Assembly (NCBI GenBank): GCA_964454335.1
Contig: CAYVVT010000017.1
Span: forward strand, 1,770 to 65,769
DNA length: 64,000 nt
Direction of reading: 5' to 3'
Source: an uncultured Lentisphaeria bacterium
Lineage (GTDB): Bacteria > Fidelibacterota > UBA8477 > JABMPR01
In this document: positions 47,538 through 57,808 of the stretch, one piece after another
How the letters are laid out: every line of letters starts with the position of its first letter
Position numbering within the stretch: position 1 is the first letter of the stretch
Notes under the pieces: model-generated
What the model was told of the DNA's origin: nothing
Databases searched by the model: none
The model's input: the letters and a program-made list of their open reading frames with translations, nothing else
Translations under genes and position numbers: made by a program

Positions 47538-49466
47538 ATGAAAACAAAAGCCTTTCCCAGCGTTCTCCTGGTGATCCTGTTCCTGCTCGGTAGCAGCCTG
47601 CTAGCCCAGGATGACAGTACCCGTGTGGATCAATCGAACACGACCCGGGTGATCCTCACCGAAGAAGATTTCAAGAAGCATAACTGTGAGAATGTCGGTG
47701 ATGCGTTGCAGATCATCACCGGGGTCTACATCAATGCCCAGGGTGATGTCGCCCTCCGGGATGTGAGCTCTTCAAAGGTCGTGGTGATCATGGACGGCCA
47801 GAAGCTGAACGTTCCCGGCAGTGTGGGTGTCAAGGTCAGCGCCATCTCCATCGAGAAAGTGGCCATGATCGAGCTGCTCAGGGGTGGTCGTTCGGCTGAA
47901 TACGGTGCAGATGCCGTAGGTGGCGTCATCCGCATTACCACCAAATCCAGTACCGAGTCTGACGATGAGATGAGAAGCTGGACGCTGGGATTGCGTGGCT
48001 CATATGGCTCCTATAGCCGCCAGATCCTCACTATGAACCATTCCAATACCTTTGAGAAGTTCGACTATATGCTGTCCTATCGGCTGGACGGTTGGGATGG
48101 GGAATACGATTTCACCATCAATCCCTACGCGGATGAACCTGGTCTACTGGCTTATGGAACGGATGAAAGGGTCACCCATACGAACAATCATGAATCCACC
48201 CAGAGTGGCTTCGGCAAGATCGGTATGCGTCTGCCTGATGACCAGAAACTGGGCCTGTCCGTATCCACCTATATCGCCGACAACGGCACGCCGGGTCTTT
48301 CCTACAATTACACACCGGATGCCCGTCTCAGGTTCAATACGAACTCGGTGAACCTTAATTATGACAAGCCGGTGATCTTCGGGGATTTTTCCGTAAAAGC
48401 CCAGGTATTCTACCTGGAAGTTTGGACCCGGTTCGATGATCCAACCGGGAGTACGGTTGAGATCCACAGCGATCATAAGAACTACGCCCGTGGGGTAGAT
48501 CTCAGTCAATCAGGAAGTATGATGGAGATTGTGAACCTTTCCTACGGCTACTCTTTCCGAGACGACCAGATCATCAGCAATGCGGTGGGCAACAAGACCC
48601 GCACCACCCACAGCGCCTTCCTCACATCTTCCACTTCTGGAGAGCTCTCAGGTTTTCTCACCCAGTGGGAAGCCGTTCTGGCGCTGCGCTACGATGCACC
48701 TTCTGATTTTGCTTCGGAAGTGAGTCCCCGATTGAGCCTGTCCACCGGTCATCAGGGTGATATAAGTGCAAACCTCACCACACATGTAACGCGTTCGTAC
48801 AGAGCACCCTCATTCAATGATCTGTACTGGCCTCGGGATGCCTACGCCATCGGAAATCCCGATCTGAGATCCGAATATGGCATCAATTACGATGTTGGCT
48901 TGAATCTGAGCACGCCCCTGGCTGATCTGGCGAACCTCACCGCTGCGGTGAATTATTTCCGCAACGATGTCAAGGATCTCATCCTCTGGGCTCAGAACCA
49001 CCCGGAAGGTTTATGGACACCTTCAAACCTGGCGGAGACATCCACCAGCGGCGTGGAGACCTCTGCTAATATTTCCGCCTGGGAGAACAAGCTTATGGCC
49101 AACGTGGAATACACTTACATGGAGGCCCTGAACAAATCTCCCGACCAGTCAGCCACGCATAACAAGGTCATCATTTACCGCCCCAAGAATAAGATGGATG
49201 TCACCGGCACCCTGCGTCTGGCTGACCTGGAATGCAATTTGATATTCCACTGGGTGGGATTGCGCTATGATAATCCATCCAACACGATCTGGCTGCCGTC
49301 CTATCAGCTTTTGGATGCCAATCTCACCTATCGTTATAACATTGCCGGTTACGGGGGATCAGTGACCCTGGAAGCTATCAACCTGCTGGACGAGGATTAC
49401 TGGCGCACCAAGGGCACGCCACAGCCAGGCCGCCTGCTCAAACTCTCACTGGGGATAAACCTGTAG
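47538..49466 (+). CDS. TonB-dependent outer-membrane receptor (BtuB/CirA-like size)
   Basis: The start is taken at MKTKAFPSVLLVILFLLGSSLLAQ (ATG 47538). A TonB-box-like region is followed by the plug and a 22-strand barrel pattern. The C-terminus ends ...LKLSLGINL. Confidence 0.8.
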   Translation: MKTKAFPSVLLVILFLLGSSLLAQDDSTRVDQSNTTRVILTEEDFKKHNCENVGDALQIITGVYINAQGDVALRDVSSSKVVVIMDGQKLNVPGSVGVKVSAISIEKVAMIELLRGGRSAEYGADAVGGVIRITTKSSTESDDEMRSWTLGLRGSYGSYSRQILTMNHSNTFEKFDYMLSYRLDGWDGEYDFTINPYADEPGLLAYGTDERVTHTNNHESTQSGFGKIGMRLPDDQKLGLSVSTYIADNGTPGLSYNYTPDARLRFNTNSVNLNYDKPVIFGDFSVKAQVFYLEVWTRFDDPTGSTVEIHSDHKNYARGVDLSQSGSMMEIVNLSYGYSFRDDQIISNAVGNKTRTTHSAFLTSSTSGELSGFLTQWEAVLALRYDAPSDFASEVSPRLSLSTGHQGDISANLTTHVTRSYRAPSFNDLYWPRDAYAIGNPDLRSEYGINYDVGLNLSTPLADLANLTAAVNYFRNDVKDLILWAQNHPEGLWTPSNLAETSTSGVETSANISAWENKLMANVEYTYMEALNKSPDQSATHNKVIIYRPKNKMDVTGTLRLADLECNLIFHWVGLRYDNPSNTIWLPSYQLLDANLTYRYNIAGYGGSVTLEAINLLDEDYWRTKGTPQPGRLLKLSLGINL

Positions 49467-49484
49467 GAGGAACTGCCTAGCTGA

Positions 49485-51698
49485 ATGGTCAAAACCGCAA
49501 ACACCATGAGATTCGTCATCGCTGCACTGCTCACACTCCCAACCCTCCACGGACAGGAAAACGGGATGCTGGTGGGCCGTATCAGCGATGCGGAGTCAGG
49601 TGCGCCCCTGTTTGCCGCCTGCGTGTTCGTGGAGAATACCATCCATGGAGCTGAGACGGATCACGAAGGGTATTACTGGATCCCGGATCTACCCCCGGGG
49701 CGTTATCGCATCAGGGCATCACGTATCGGATACAGTGGCGTGGAGGACCTGGAGATCCTGGTGGTGGCGGGTCTGACGACAGAACTGAATTTCAGCATGG
49801 CGGATGATCCCGTCTATGCCCGGGAGGAGGTTACTGTTACCGCTACCCGGGGCAATGCACTGGTGAGTGAAGTTCCGGCTTCGGTGGACATCATCGATGC
49901 GGCCACCATCGAATTGCAGAAGCCCCAGAACCTGGCGGAGGTCCTGGAGAATGTCCAGGGTGTGAACATCAAGGATTACGGTGGGATCGGTGGGATAAAA
50001 TCCGCATCCCTGAGAGGATCGAGCTCAGGGCAGGTCCTGGTGATGGTGGACGGGCAACGCCTGAATGACGCAGCTTCCGGTCAGGTTGATTTCAGCCGGA
50101 TCTCGGTAGAAGGTGTTGAGAAGATCGAGGTGGTGCGTGGCGGTGGTTCAGCCCTTTACGGTGCCGATGCCATCGGTGGCGTCATCAATATCATTACCCG
50201 CAAGGAAAGCGAACGCAACCTGACCCAGGCTTCGCTGGATGTCATGACGGGATCCTTCGCCTCACGATCAGTGAAGACGGGGCTGCATCGCTCAGGTGAG
50301 CGTTATGCCTCGTCCCTGACCTACAAACTGCTGCACACCGATGGCAACTTCCAGTATGCTCATCCCTACCTGGACACGCTTCTCGAAAAAAGGAACAACG
50401 ATTTCATTGCCCATGATGTGTTCAGCAATCTGCAGCTGACCCTGGGGGAGAAGCCCCTGGAACACACCATCAACCTGGCCTATAACTTTTACTCGAACGA
50501 CAAAGGGAGTCCGGGATCAACCACCCAACCTTATGATAGTGCACGCACCACCAGCACAACCCATCGCCTGAACCTGAGTACCCAGGGGAAACTTAATCTG
50601 TTCAATAATTACAAGGTTCAGGCCTTCCTCAATCAGGCTGTGAATACCTATTTCAATAACGAGATGACTGTGGCAGCCGATGACACGCACAAGACCCTGG
50701 CAGGTGGCCTGGAAGTCCAGTTTACAACCATTCTGGCACTCAACAATACATTGATCTACGGTGCCGGTCTGCGTATGAATCAGAATGGCGGACCGGGTTC
50801 TACGGATGCGGCGAATGAGCGCGTTGAACGCTTTGCCTTTGTGCAGGATGAGTATCTCCGATATCCTGAGAAGTGGAATCTACTGCGCAGCATCTCCATC
50901 ATTCCCGCCCTGCGTTTTGACAGCTATTCGGATTTTGGCCATCACTGGTCGCCAAAACTGGGGATGGTGTTCAACCTGGGCTCCACATGGCGGACGTCGG
51001 TCAAAACCAACCTGGGCTACAATTACAAAGCACCCAGTTTCAACGATCTGTACTGGCCCGAGGACGCCTTTGCGGTGGGCAACCCGGATCTACAACCAGA
51101 GCATGGTACTGATTGGGATTTGGGCTTGCGCCTGCGTTATCCCATTCTCAACGGCATCGCCTTCGATGTCAGCTATTTCCGGATGCAATTGACAGATCTC
51201 ATCATCTGGCAGCAGGGCGGTACCAGTGGTAAATGGATGCCTCAGAACGTGAGTCAGGCTCTCAATCAGGGATTGGAGAGCGCCATGACACTGAAGTTGA
51301 TCCCGGACCTGTTGAACCTGTCCGTGAACCACACCTATCTGGATGCCAGGAATGACGATGCCAACGATCGTACCGGTTACAGGAAGATCCTGGTGTACAG
51401 GCCCAGACATACCTTGAACGTGAACCTGGATGTGAGCTGGCACGCCTGGACCACATCCCTGAGTTGGCAATATGTCAGTCGCCGCTACGTCCTGCCGGCG
51501 AACACCATCTGGCTCGATCCTTTCCAGGTCACGGATCTGACCCTGGGTTGGCATGATAGCTTTAATGGCCTTGAACTGGACCTCTCCCTGCAGGTCAAGA
51601 ATGTCTTCGATGAACTGTATGAATTCGTCCAATATCAACCCATCCCCGGACGGGAATTCCGTCTGAGTCTGGGGATCGGTGGAACTTTGAATAAATGA
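49485..51698 (+). CDS. TonB-dependent outer-membrane receptor with N-terminal CarboxypepD_reg-like domain
   Basis: 737 aa with a signal peptide. A carboxypeptidase-regulatory-like domain (GRISDAESGAPLFAACVFVENT...YRIRASRIGY) is followed by plug and barrel. A start at 49506 is an alternative. Confidence 0.8.
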   Translation: MVKTANTMRFVIAALLTLPTLHGQENGMLVGRISDAESGAPLFAACVFVENTIHGAETDHEGYYWIPDLPPGRYRIRASRIGYSGVEDLEILVVAGLTTELNFSMADDPVYAREEVTVTATRGNALVSEVPASVDIIDAATIELQKPQNLAEVLENVQGVNIKDYGGIGGIKSASLRGSSSGQVLVMVDGQRLNDAASGQVDFSRISVEGVEKIEVVRGGGSALYGADAIGGVINIITRKESERNLTQASLDVMTGSFASRSVKTGLHRSGERYASSLTYKLLHTDGNFQYAHPYLDTLLEKRNNDFIAHDVFSNLQLTLGEKPLEHTINLAYNFYSNDKGSPGSTTQPYDSARTTSTTHRLNLSTQGKLNLFNNYKVQAFLNQAVNTYFNNEMTVAADDTHKTLAGGLEVQFTTILALNNTLIYGAGLRMNQNGGPGSTDAANERVERFAFVQDEYLRYPEKWNLLRSISIIPALRFDSYSDFGHHWSPKLGMVFNLGSTWRTSVKTNLGYNYKAPSFNDLYWPEDAFAVGNPDLQPEHGTDWDLGLRLRYPILNGIAFDVSYFRMQLTDLIIWQQGGTSGKWMPQNVSQALNQGLESAMTLKLIPDLLNLSVNHTYLDARNDDANDRTGYRKILVYRPRHTLNVNLDVSWHAWTTSLSWQYVSRRYVLPANTIWLDPFQVTDLTLGWHDSFNGLELDLSLQVKNVFDELYEFVQYQPIPGREFRLSLGIGGTLNK

Positions 51699-51726
51699 GA
51701 ACAAAACATTCCAAAGGAGGAACAGA

Positions 51727-52743
51727 ATGAAGCGATCGATTCACTGGTTGCTGGTACTCTCCATTGCCCTTTTCGGATTCATTGCCTGTGAGGATGATCC
51801 CGAAGAGCAGGAGACACCGGAAGCAGCGTTGGCCCTGTATGTCCTGAATGCCATCGGTGTCAGCCTCTCACAGGTTGATCTCGAGACCAACGCCGTAACG
51901 AACGATGTGGCCGTCCTGGGACAGTGGCCCAACCAGGTGACCTTCCACGACGGCAAGGTCTACGTGGTGAACTCGGGTACGAACAACATTATGATCTTCG
52001 ACCCGGACAACAACTTCACGGCCGAAACACCCATTGCGCTGGGTGATGGTAACAATCCCATGAACATGGTCTTCTATGACGAGACAACGGCCTATGTATC
52101 CTGCTCGGTCTCCGGCAAGGTCCTTAAGGTCAATCTGACCACAAAGGCTGTTGACATGGAGATCACCGCCGGTACGGGTACTACAGGTATTACCATCGCG
52201 GATGGGAAGATCTATGCCACCAACTCCGGTTTCAATCCCGACTACACCTATTCGCAGGGAACTGTCACCGTGATCAATGGTGCTACAGGTGCCGTGGTGA
52301 CCACAGTTGATGTCTCTACTAATCCACAGGCTGCGGCAACAGATCCCGATGGCTTGGTTCACGTAGTTTCTACTGGTGATTGGTGGTCAGTCTTCGGTGT
52401 GGTGAGCGTCATCGATCCTGCCACGGATACTGTCGTTGAGACTATCAGTACTGCAGGAACCCCGGGAAGCATCGCTATCTCAGAATCGGATGAGATGGCC
52501 TACCTGGGTGTATGGGGTATGGGCCTGTTGTCCTATAACTGGGCCACTTACACCATGGTGAACGATACCAGTGACTATTTCTGGGGCGCTGGTGGCTCCG
52601 GTGTCACGGTGGATACAGAAGGAAACGTCTTCCTTTCGATCTGGGATGACGACCAGGTACTTAAGCTCGGTGCTGATGAGAGTGTACTGCAGACCTACGA
52701 TGTAGGTGACAGCCCCTCATCACTTGCGCTGCGCATTGAGTAA
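51727..52743 (+). CDS. cell-surface lipoprotein with YVTN/YncE-type beta-propeller repeats
   Basis: 338 aa with lipobox FGFIAC. Repeated about 40-aa units match the YVTN beta-propeller pattern (VYVVNSGTNNIMIFD; KIYATNSGFN; VHVVSTGDW). It lies immediately downstream of two TonB-dependent receptors. Confidence 0.7.
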   Translation: MKRSIHWLLVLSIALFGFIACEDDPEEQETPEAALALYVLNAIGVSLSQVDLETNAVTNDVAVLGQWPNQVTFHDGKVYVVNSGTNNIMIFDPDNNFTAETPIALGDGNNPMNMVFYDETTAYVSCSVSGKVLKVNLTTKAVDMEITAGTGTTGITIADGKIYATNSGFNPDYTYSQGTVTVINGATGAVVTTVDVSTNPQAAATDPDGLVHVVSTGDWWSVFGVVSVIDPATDTVVETISTAGTPGSIAISESDEMAYLGVWGMGLLSYNWATYTMVNDTSDYFWGAGGSGVTVDTEGNVFLSIWDDDQVLKLGADESVLQTYDVGDSPSSLALRIE

Positions 52744-52889
52744 ACAATAAAAATAACCTGCTGATTGGCAGGCTAACATGGAATGAAACCCGGGTTGGTG
52801 CCGTTGAGGTGCCATCCCGGGGATCATGCGCGCCACCGGCAGTTTTGGACCGGAAGAAAATCCATTTGTATTGATCTGAGGGATTCGGA

Positions 52890-54113
52890 ATGGGACAAGA
52901 TTACATCATTGAAGACATTGCTCTGGCTGCCAGTGGTCACGAGAAGATCGCCTGGGCTGGACGCTGGATGGGAGTGTTGAACCGTCTGGAGAGACGTTTC
53001 GCAGCAGAGGGGACATTCCAGGGGAAAAAGGTGGCCATCTGTATCCACCTGGAGGCCAAGACCGCCTACCTGGCCGAGGTCATTCAGAGTCTGGGAGCTG
53101 AGGTGTGGATCACCAGCAGCAATCCCACATCGGTGAAGGACGATGTCTGCGCCGCACTGGCCGAGCAGGGCATTCATGTCTTTGCCCGGCATGACGCTAC
53201 AGAGGCGGAGTACGAGTCCTACCTGGCAGCCATTACCGCCTGCAAACCTCATACGATCGTCGATGACGGCGGGGACGTCTGCGACTATCTGGGTGAACAT
53301 CCCGAATTTGCAGCGGATCTCATGGGTATCTGTGAGGAAACCACCACCGGTGTCAAACGCATGCAGGCCAAGCACGCCAGAGGTGAGATGGATTTTCCGG
53401 CACTGGCCATCAATGACGCACAATCGAAGTACCTCTTTGACAACCGGCACGGCACGGGTCAATCGACGTGGTCGGCCATCATGAATCTCACGAATCTCAA
53501 TGTCGTAGGTAAAACGGTAGTGGTTATCGGTTACGGCTGGGTTGGGCGCGGTGTCGCCCGCCGGGCCTCAGGACTGGGCGCCGAGGTCATCGTCACGGAG
53601 ATCGATCCCTGGAAAGCCTGGGAAGCCCGCATGGAAGGTTTCCGTGTCATGCCTCTCATGGATGCTTCTCCCCAGGGCGATTATTTCGTCACCTGTACCG
53701 GAGAAGAGAGAGTGATCCGCGAGGAACACCTGCAGGCCATGAAAGATGGCGCCTTCCTGTCCAATGCCGGTCATTTCGGCTACGAGATCGATATACCGGT
53801 TCTGCAGGAGATGGCCGTCTCACGGATGGTGGAACGCAGCAAGGTGGAACGCTTCGAACTGAGTGACGGTCGTGGCCTCTATCTGCTTGCTGACGGCGAT
53901 ATCATCAATATCGCCGGGGGACTTGGTCATCCTGTGGAGATCATGGATATGAGCTTTTCGCTGCAGCTGGCCACAATGCATTATGTGTTGAGCACACCGG
54001 ATCTGAAACCGGGTGTACATCCCGTTCCTCGTCGTATAGACGAGCTGGTGGTGAGAGAGAAGATGGCAGTGGAGGGATTCAGTATCGATGATGATCTACG
54101 GGAAGTGAGTTGA
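52890..54113 (+). CDS. ahcY: adenosylhomocysteinase (S-adenosyl-L-homocysteine hydrolase), short form
   Basis: 407 aa. It has the substrate domain and the NAD-binding Rossmann motif GKTVVVIGYGWVGRGVARRASGLGAEVIVTEIDP. Confidence 0.85.
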   Translation: MGQDYIIEDIALAASGHEKIAWAGRWMGVLNRLERRFAAEGTFQGKKVAICIHLEAKTAYLAEVIQSLGAEVWITSSNPTSVKDDVCAALAEQGIHVFARHDATEAEYESYLAAITACKPHTIVDDGGDVCDYLGEHPEFAADLMGICEETTTGVKRMQAKHARGEMDFPALAINDAQSKYLFDNRHGTGQSTWSAIMNLTNLNVVGKTVVVIGYGWVGRGVARRASGLGAEVIVTEIDPWKAWEARMEGFRVMPLMDASPQGDYFVTCTGEERVIREEHLQAMKDGAFLSNAGHFGYEIDIPVLQEMAVSRMVERSKVERFELSDGRGLYLLADGDIINIAGGLGHPVEIMDMSFSLQLATMHYVLSTPDLKPGVHPVPRRIDELVVREKMAVEGFSIDDDLREVS

Positions 54114-55420
54114 GTATGCAGTATTTTGTCAACATCATCGGGATCTTCCTGCTGCTGGGGATTGCCTGGGGCCTTTCCCGTGACCGCCGGAGGATCAACT
54201 GGAACGTGCTGGGCTGGGGTCTTGGTCTGCAGTTGATCTTTGCCACCTTCGTCTTCATCGTTCCCATCGGCTCTCGCTTCTTCTTACTCATCAATGATCT
54301 GGTGCTGGCAGTGCTGGACAGCGCCTTTGCCGGTACCTATTTCGTCTTTGGCAGCCTGGCAGTGGGTCCGGGCGGTACTGGTCCGGGAGGTGAACCATCA
54401 TTGGGCTTCATCCTCATCACCCAGGCCCTGCCCACCATCATCTTTTTCGCAGCCTTGATGGGTCTCCTTTACCACGTGGGTGTCATGAACTGGATCATCC
54501 AGGGATTTTCCTGGCTGTTCACCAGACTCATGCGCATCAGCGGTGCAGAATCGCTGAGTGCATCTGCCAATATTTTCGTGGGCATTGAGGCCTCACTGGT
54601 GATCCGGCCGCATTTACAGAAAATGACCAGGTCCGAGCTAACCACCATTCTCACAGCGGGAATGGCCACCGTGGCCTCCAGTATGCTGGCGGTGTATGTC
54701 TTCATGCTCAGGGACCAGTTTCCCACGATTGCAGCGCATCTGGTATCGGCTTCCATCATGAATGCACCTGCTGCCATCATCATGTCCAAGCTGCTCTATC
54801 CGGAAAGTGAACAACCGGAAACCCTGGGACTGCATGTCAAACCCGAGTACGAGAAGGAACCTAATTTCATCGCAGCCATCATCGCCAGTGCCAATCAGGG
54901 TGTCAGACTCATCGTCGGTATCGTGACCCTGCTCATCGCCTTCCTGGGACTCGTGGCCCTGGCTGATAAGATCCTGCTGCTGTTGGGGAACCAGATCAAC
55001 GCCCTGCTGGGTATCGGCGTGGACTGGACACTGAAAGGACTGCTGGGTTATTTATTCTATCCTGTGACCCTGATGCTGGGCATACCCTTCCAGGATGCCG
55101 CCGTGGTGAGTAAGATCATCGGCAGCCGTGCCATCGTCACCGAAGTCACTGCATTCCAGAACCTGGCGGCAACACTGCAGGCTGGCACCGTGCTGCAGCC
55201 ACGTACCATTGTGGTGACAACCTACGCATTGACCGGTTTTGCGCATATCGCATCGCTGGCGATCTTCGTGGGTGGTATTGCCGCACTGGTTCCGGACCGG
55301 CTCAAGGACCTGTCCAGGCTCGGCTTCCGAGCCCTGCTGGCAGCCACCCTGGCCACACTTCTAACAGCTGCAGTGGCCGGACTGTTCTATAATCCGAATT
55401 CCATACTCCTCAACTTGTGA
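54110..55420 (+). CDS. concentrative nucleoside transporter (NupC/CNT family)
   Basis: 436 aa polytopic membrane protein. The N-terminal pattern IGIFLLLGIAWGLSRDRRRINWNVLGWGLGLQLIFA is typical of the NupC family. Its start overlaps the ahcY stop. Confidence 0.75.
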   Translation: MSMQYFVNIIGIFLLLGIAWGLSRDRRRINWNVLGWGLGLQLIFATFVFIVPIGSRFFLLINDLVLAVLDSAFAGTYFVFGSLAVGPGGTGPGGEPSLGFILITQALPTIIFFAALMGLLYHVGVMNWIIQGFSWLFTRLMRISGAESLSASANIFVGIEASLVIRPHLQKMTRSELTTILTAGMATVASSMLAVYVFMLRDQFPTIAAHLVSASIMNAPAAIIMSKLLYPESEQPETLGLHVKPEYEKEPNFIAAIIASANQGVRLIVGIVTLLIAFLGLVALADKILLLLGNQINALLGIGVDWTLKGLLGYLFYPVTLMLGIPFQDAAVVSKIIGSRAIVTEVTAFQNLAATLQAGTVLQPRTIVVTTYALTGFAHIASLAIFVGGIAALVPDRLKDLSRLGFRALLAATLATLLTAAVAGLFYNPNSILLNL

Positions 55421-55438
55421 TAGGGGATCGAGGTAATC

Positions 55439-56380
55439 ATGAATAGCTATTCTGTTGGTCTGGTACTGCTGGCGGTTTTATCCGGGATCTGTCTGTCACT
55501 TATCGGAGTGGCCTTTCGCCTGGGACAGAACCGCGGTGTGATCCCACTGCACATCTCCATGTGCATGGGGCTTGCCGGGGCACTGTTCTTTGGTGTGCAA
55601 ATGGATTGGAGTGACCTGGGTGCCTTACCGGTCTTCGTGTGGATCATGGCCCTGCTCACCACGGCGGGTCAGATCGGTGCCATGCATCTGGTACGCATCT
55701 GTCTCGGCATGGGTCCGCTGTCGCCATTGTGGTCAGCGATGAACCTGACCTTTCTCCCGGTGATCCTGTACTCCGCCTTCGTTTTCTCCGAGAAGATCAC
55801 CTTTTTCGGCTGGACGGCGCTACTGGCGGCAGTTGTCTGTGTCTTCTTCGCGTCACAGACAGGCAGTGAAGCACCACCCGCCGATGAGGAAGGGCGCAAA
55901 CGCAGCCTGAGGATCAAATTGACTTACGGTTCGCTGTTGTTCCTGGTCCTGGTAGGCAACAGCCTGGTGTTTATCGTGCTGAAGGATCTGGGTACCAGGA
56001 TCGTAGGCAACGGCATCGAGACCAGTTATCTGGGCGCCTATCTGGCACCCATCTATTTCCTCATGTACATCAGCCTGGCACTTTTTTCAGGGCTGACCGC
56101 CTGGATACAGAAAGCAGTTCCTGACAAGGTCACAGACCTGGTCTGGCTGGGATTGCTGGCCGCCGGCGGTTCCATTTCCGGTCTGCTGCTGATCAATGCC
56201 AGTATGGCGCTGCCTGCCGGTATCCTGTTCACCATCAACGGCATGATCACCATTCTGGGTGGTGTCATCGCCTCAGTACTGTTCTTTGCAGAGCCTATGA
56301 AACCGGTCTGGTTCGGAACGGTCGGTTTTGGACTTCTGGCGGTGCTGCTGGCCAACATGGATAAGATCCTGGGTGGATGA
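55439..56380 (+). CDS. hypothetical integral membrane protein (about 10 TM; possibly DMT-like transporter)
   Basis: 313 aa, hydrophobic throughout. No clear family signature was found. Confidence 0.5.
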   Translation: MNSYSVGLVLLAVLSGICLSLIGVAFRLGQNRGVIPLHISMCMGLAGALFFGVQMDWSDLGALPVFVWIMALLTTAGQIGAMHLVRICLGMGPLSPLWSAMNLTFLPVILYSAFVFSEKITFFGWTALLAAVVCVFFASQTGSEAPPADEEGRKRSLRIKLTYGSLLFLVLVGNSLVFIVLKDLGTRIVGNGIETSYLGAYLAPIYFLMYISLALFSGLTAWIQKAVPDKVTDLVWLGLLAAGGSISGLLLINASMALPAGILFTINGMITILGGVIASVLFFAEPMKPVWFGTVGFGLLAVLLANMDKILGG

Positions 56381-57789
56381 TCGCTGGATCCCCACCGAGG
56401 GAGGATGATATGTACAATAATTATCACGGCAGACGATCATGCGGGAAGACATTCTGCATAATGGTGATATTACTGATAGTACTTTCAGGTTGTGAGACCA
56501 AGCCGGAACCCCTCACCATCGCCATCATGGGGGACCAGACAGGCAGCTATGATCTGGCTGCCTCCTATGATGTCATGCAGCGGGCGGCCGCACGTATGAA
56601 GGCCCATGCTCCTGACCTGGTGCTTCACGTTGGGGACATGACTGAAAGCCGAGTCGGTGAAGATGAGCTATACCGAGCCGATTTTCAGCGAGCTACGGAA
56701 ATCATGCGCAGCGTGGGCGTGCCCTGGTTCCTGGTGGCCGGTGATCATGATGTCAATCCACAACGATTCGAACCTGCCTCCACAGACCGGTCGCACGAAG
56801 CCCGATTTCTGGAATTGTGCCGGGACATCGGTCTGCCCATGCAGGATAAGCTTTATTATTCGATTGATTTCAACGACTATCATCTGGTATTTCTCTATTC
56901 CATTGAGAACCTGCATACCGATCCACGCTGGGGTTCCATCTTTCTTAATGGGATCTCTGATGCTCAATTGTCCTGGCTCAGCACCGATCTTGAAACCCAT
57001 GCGGACAGCAAAGGCATCATCGTGGTCACCCATCATCCACACTGGTATGCCTGGTCCAACTGGTATCCGGTTCACACGGTGCTGCGCAAACATCCGGTGG
57101 CAGCCGTCATTGCCGGTCATTACCACTATGACCAGGACGGTGGCGAGATCGATGGTATCCGCTACCTGGTCATGGGAGCTACCGGCGGCGCCATCAAGAA
57201 CGCAGATCCAGAATCAGGTGGCTCTCAACAGTATGGATTGATCACCCTGGCAGGAAGTGAGATCCTGCAATACGAACTGCATGAGGTCTACAGCGATTCC
57301 ATCCTGGAGATCACTCCCCGACGATCCATGGATCGTATCCAGGCGCTGTCCACCGTGATGAGCAATATCTACAATGATGAGGCCTTCCTATGGTCGGGTG
57401 ATAGTCTCTTTACCCAGGATAAATCCGAAATCCGTCAACCGGCTCAGTCAGTGACCCTGGAATCCCCGGCCAATCCCATAGATCTGCCAATCGATCTCAG
57501 GATCAGTTCGATGAATGAATTGCTCCTGAGCCCGCGATGGGTGAGGAGTGATGGTGGTACTGACGGAAGTACAGAAATGACTCTGGATCCAGGTGAGCGG
57601 ATCGGCTGGGCTAATTATTCCAGCACTGGGCACTGGTTTACTCCGCCACCCCTTTGGCGGGCAGACCTGGCCGGTGGAATTTCAGAGGCTGACAGTGTTC
57701 CAATTATCGGGGTGGATATACGGATGTCCTTCACCGACATCCGATCCCGTTGGATCATGGCGCAGGTCATGTTCCCGGTGAAGCAGTAG
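56377..57789 (+). CDS. calcineurin-like metallophosphoesterase lipoprotein
   Basis: Its ATG overlaps the upstream stop (ATGA). It has a lipobox (LSGCETK) and the metallophosphatase motifs GDQTG, HVGDMTE and GDHD. Confidence 0.75.
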   Translation: MIAGSPPREDDMYNNYHGRRSCGKTFCIMVILLIVLSGCETKPEPLTIAIMGDQTGSYDLAASYDVMQRAAARMKAHAPDLVLHVGDMTESRVGEDELYRADFQRATEIMRSVGVPWFLVAGDHDVNPQRFEPASTDRSHEARFLELCRDIGLPMQDKLYYSIDFNDYHLVFLYSIENLHTDPRWGSIFLNGISDAQLSWLSTDLETHADSKGIIVVTHHPHWYAWSNWYPVHTVLRKHPVAAVIAGHYHYDQDGGEIDGIRYLVMGATGGAIKNADPESGGSQQYGLITLAGSEILQYELHEVYSDSILEITPRRSMDRIQALSTVMSNIYNDEAFLWSGDSLFTQDKSEIRQPAQSVTLESPANPIDLPIDLRISSMNELLLSPRWVRSDGGTDGSTEMTLDPGERIGWANYSSTGHWFTPPPLWRADLAGGISEADSVPIIGVDIRMSFTDIRSRWIMAQVMFPVKQ

Positions 57790-57808
57790 GATCGATCAAT
57801 TATGAATT

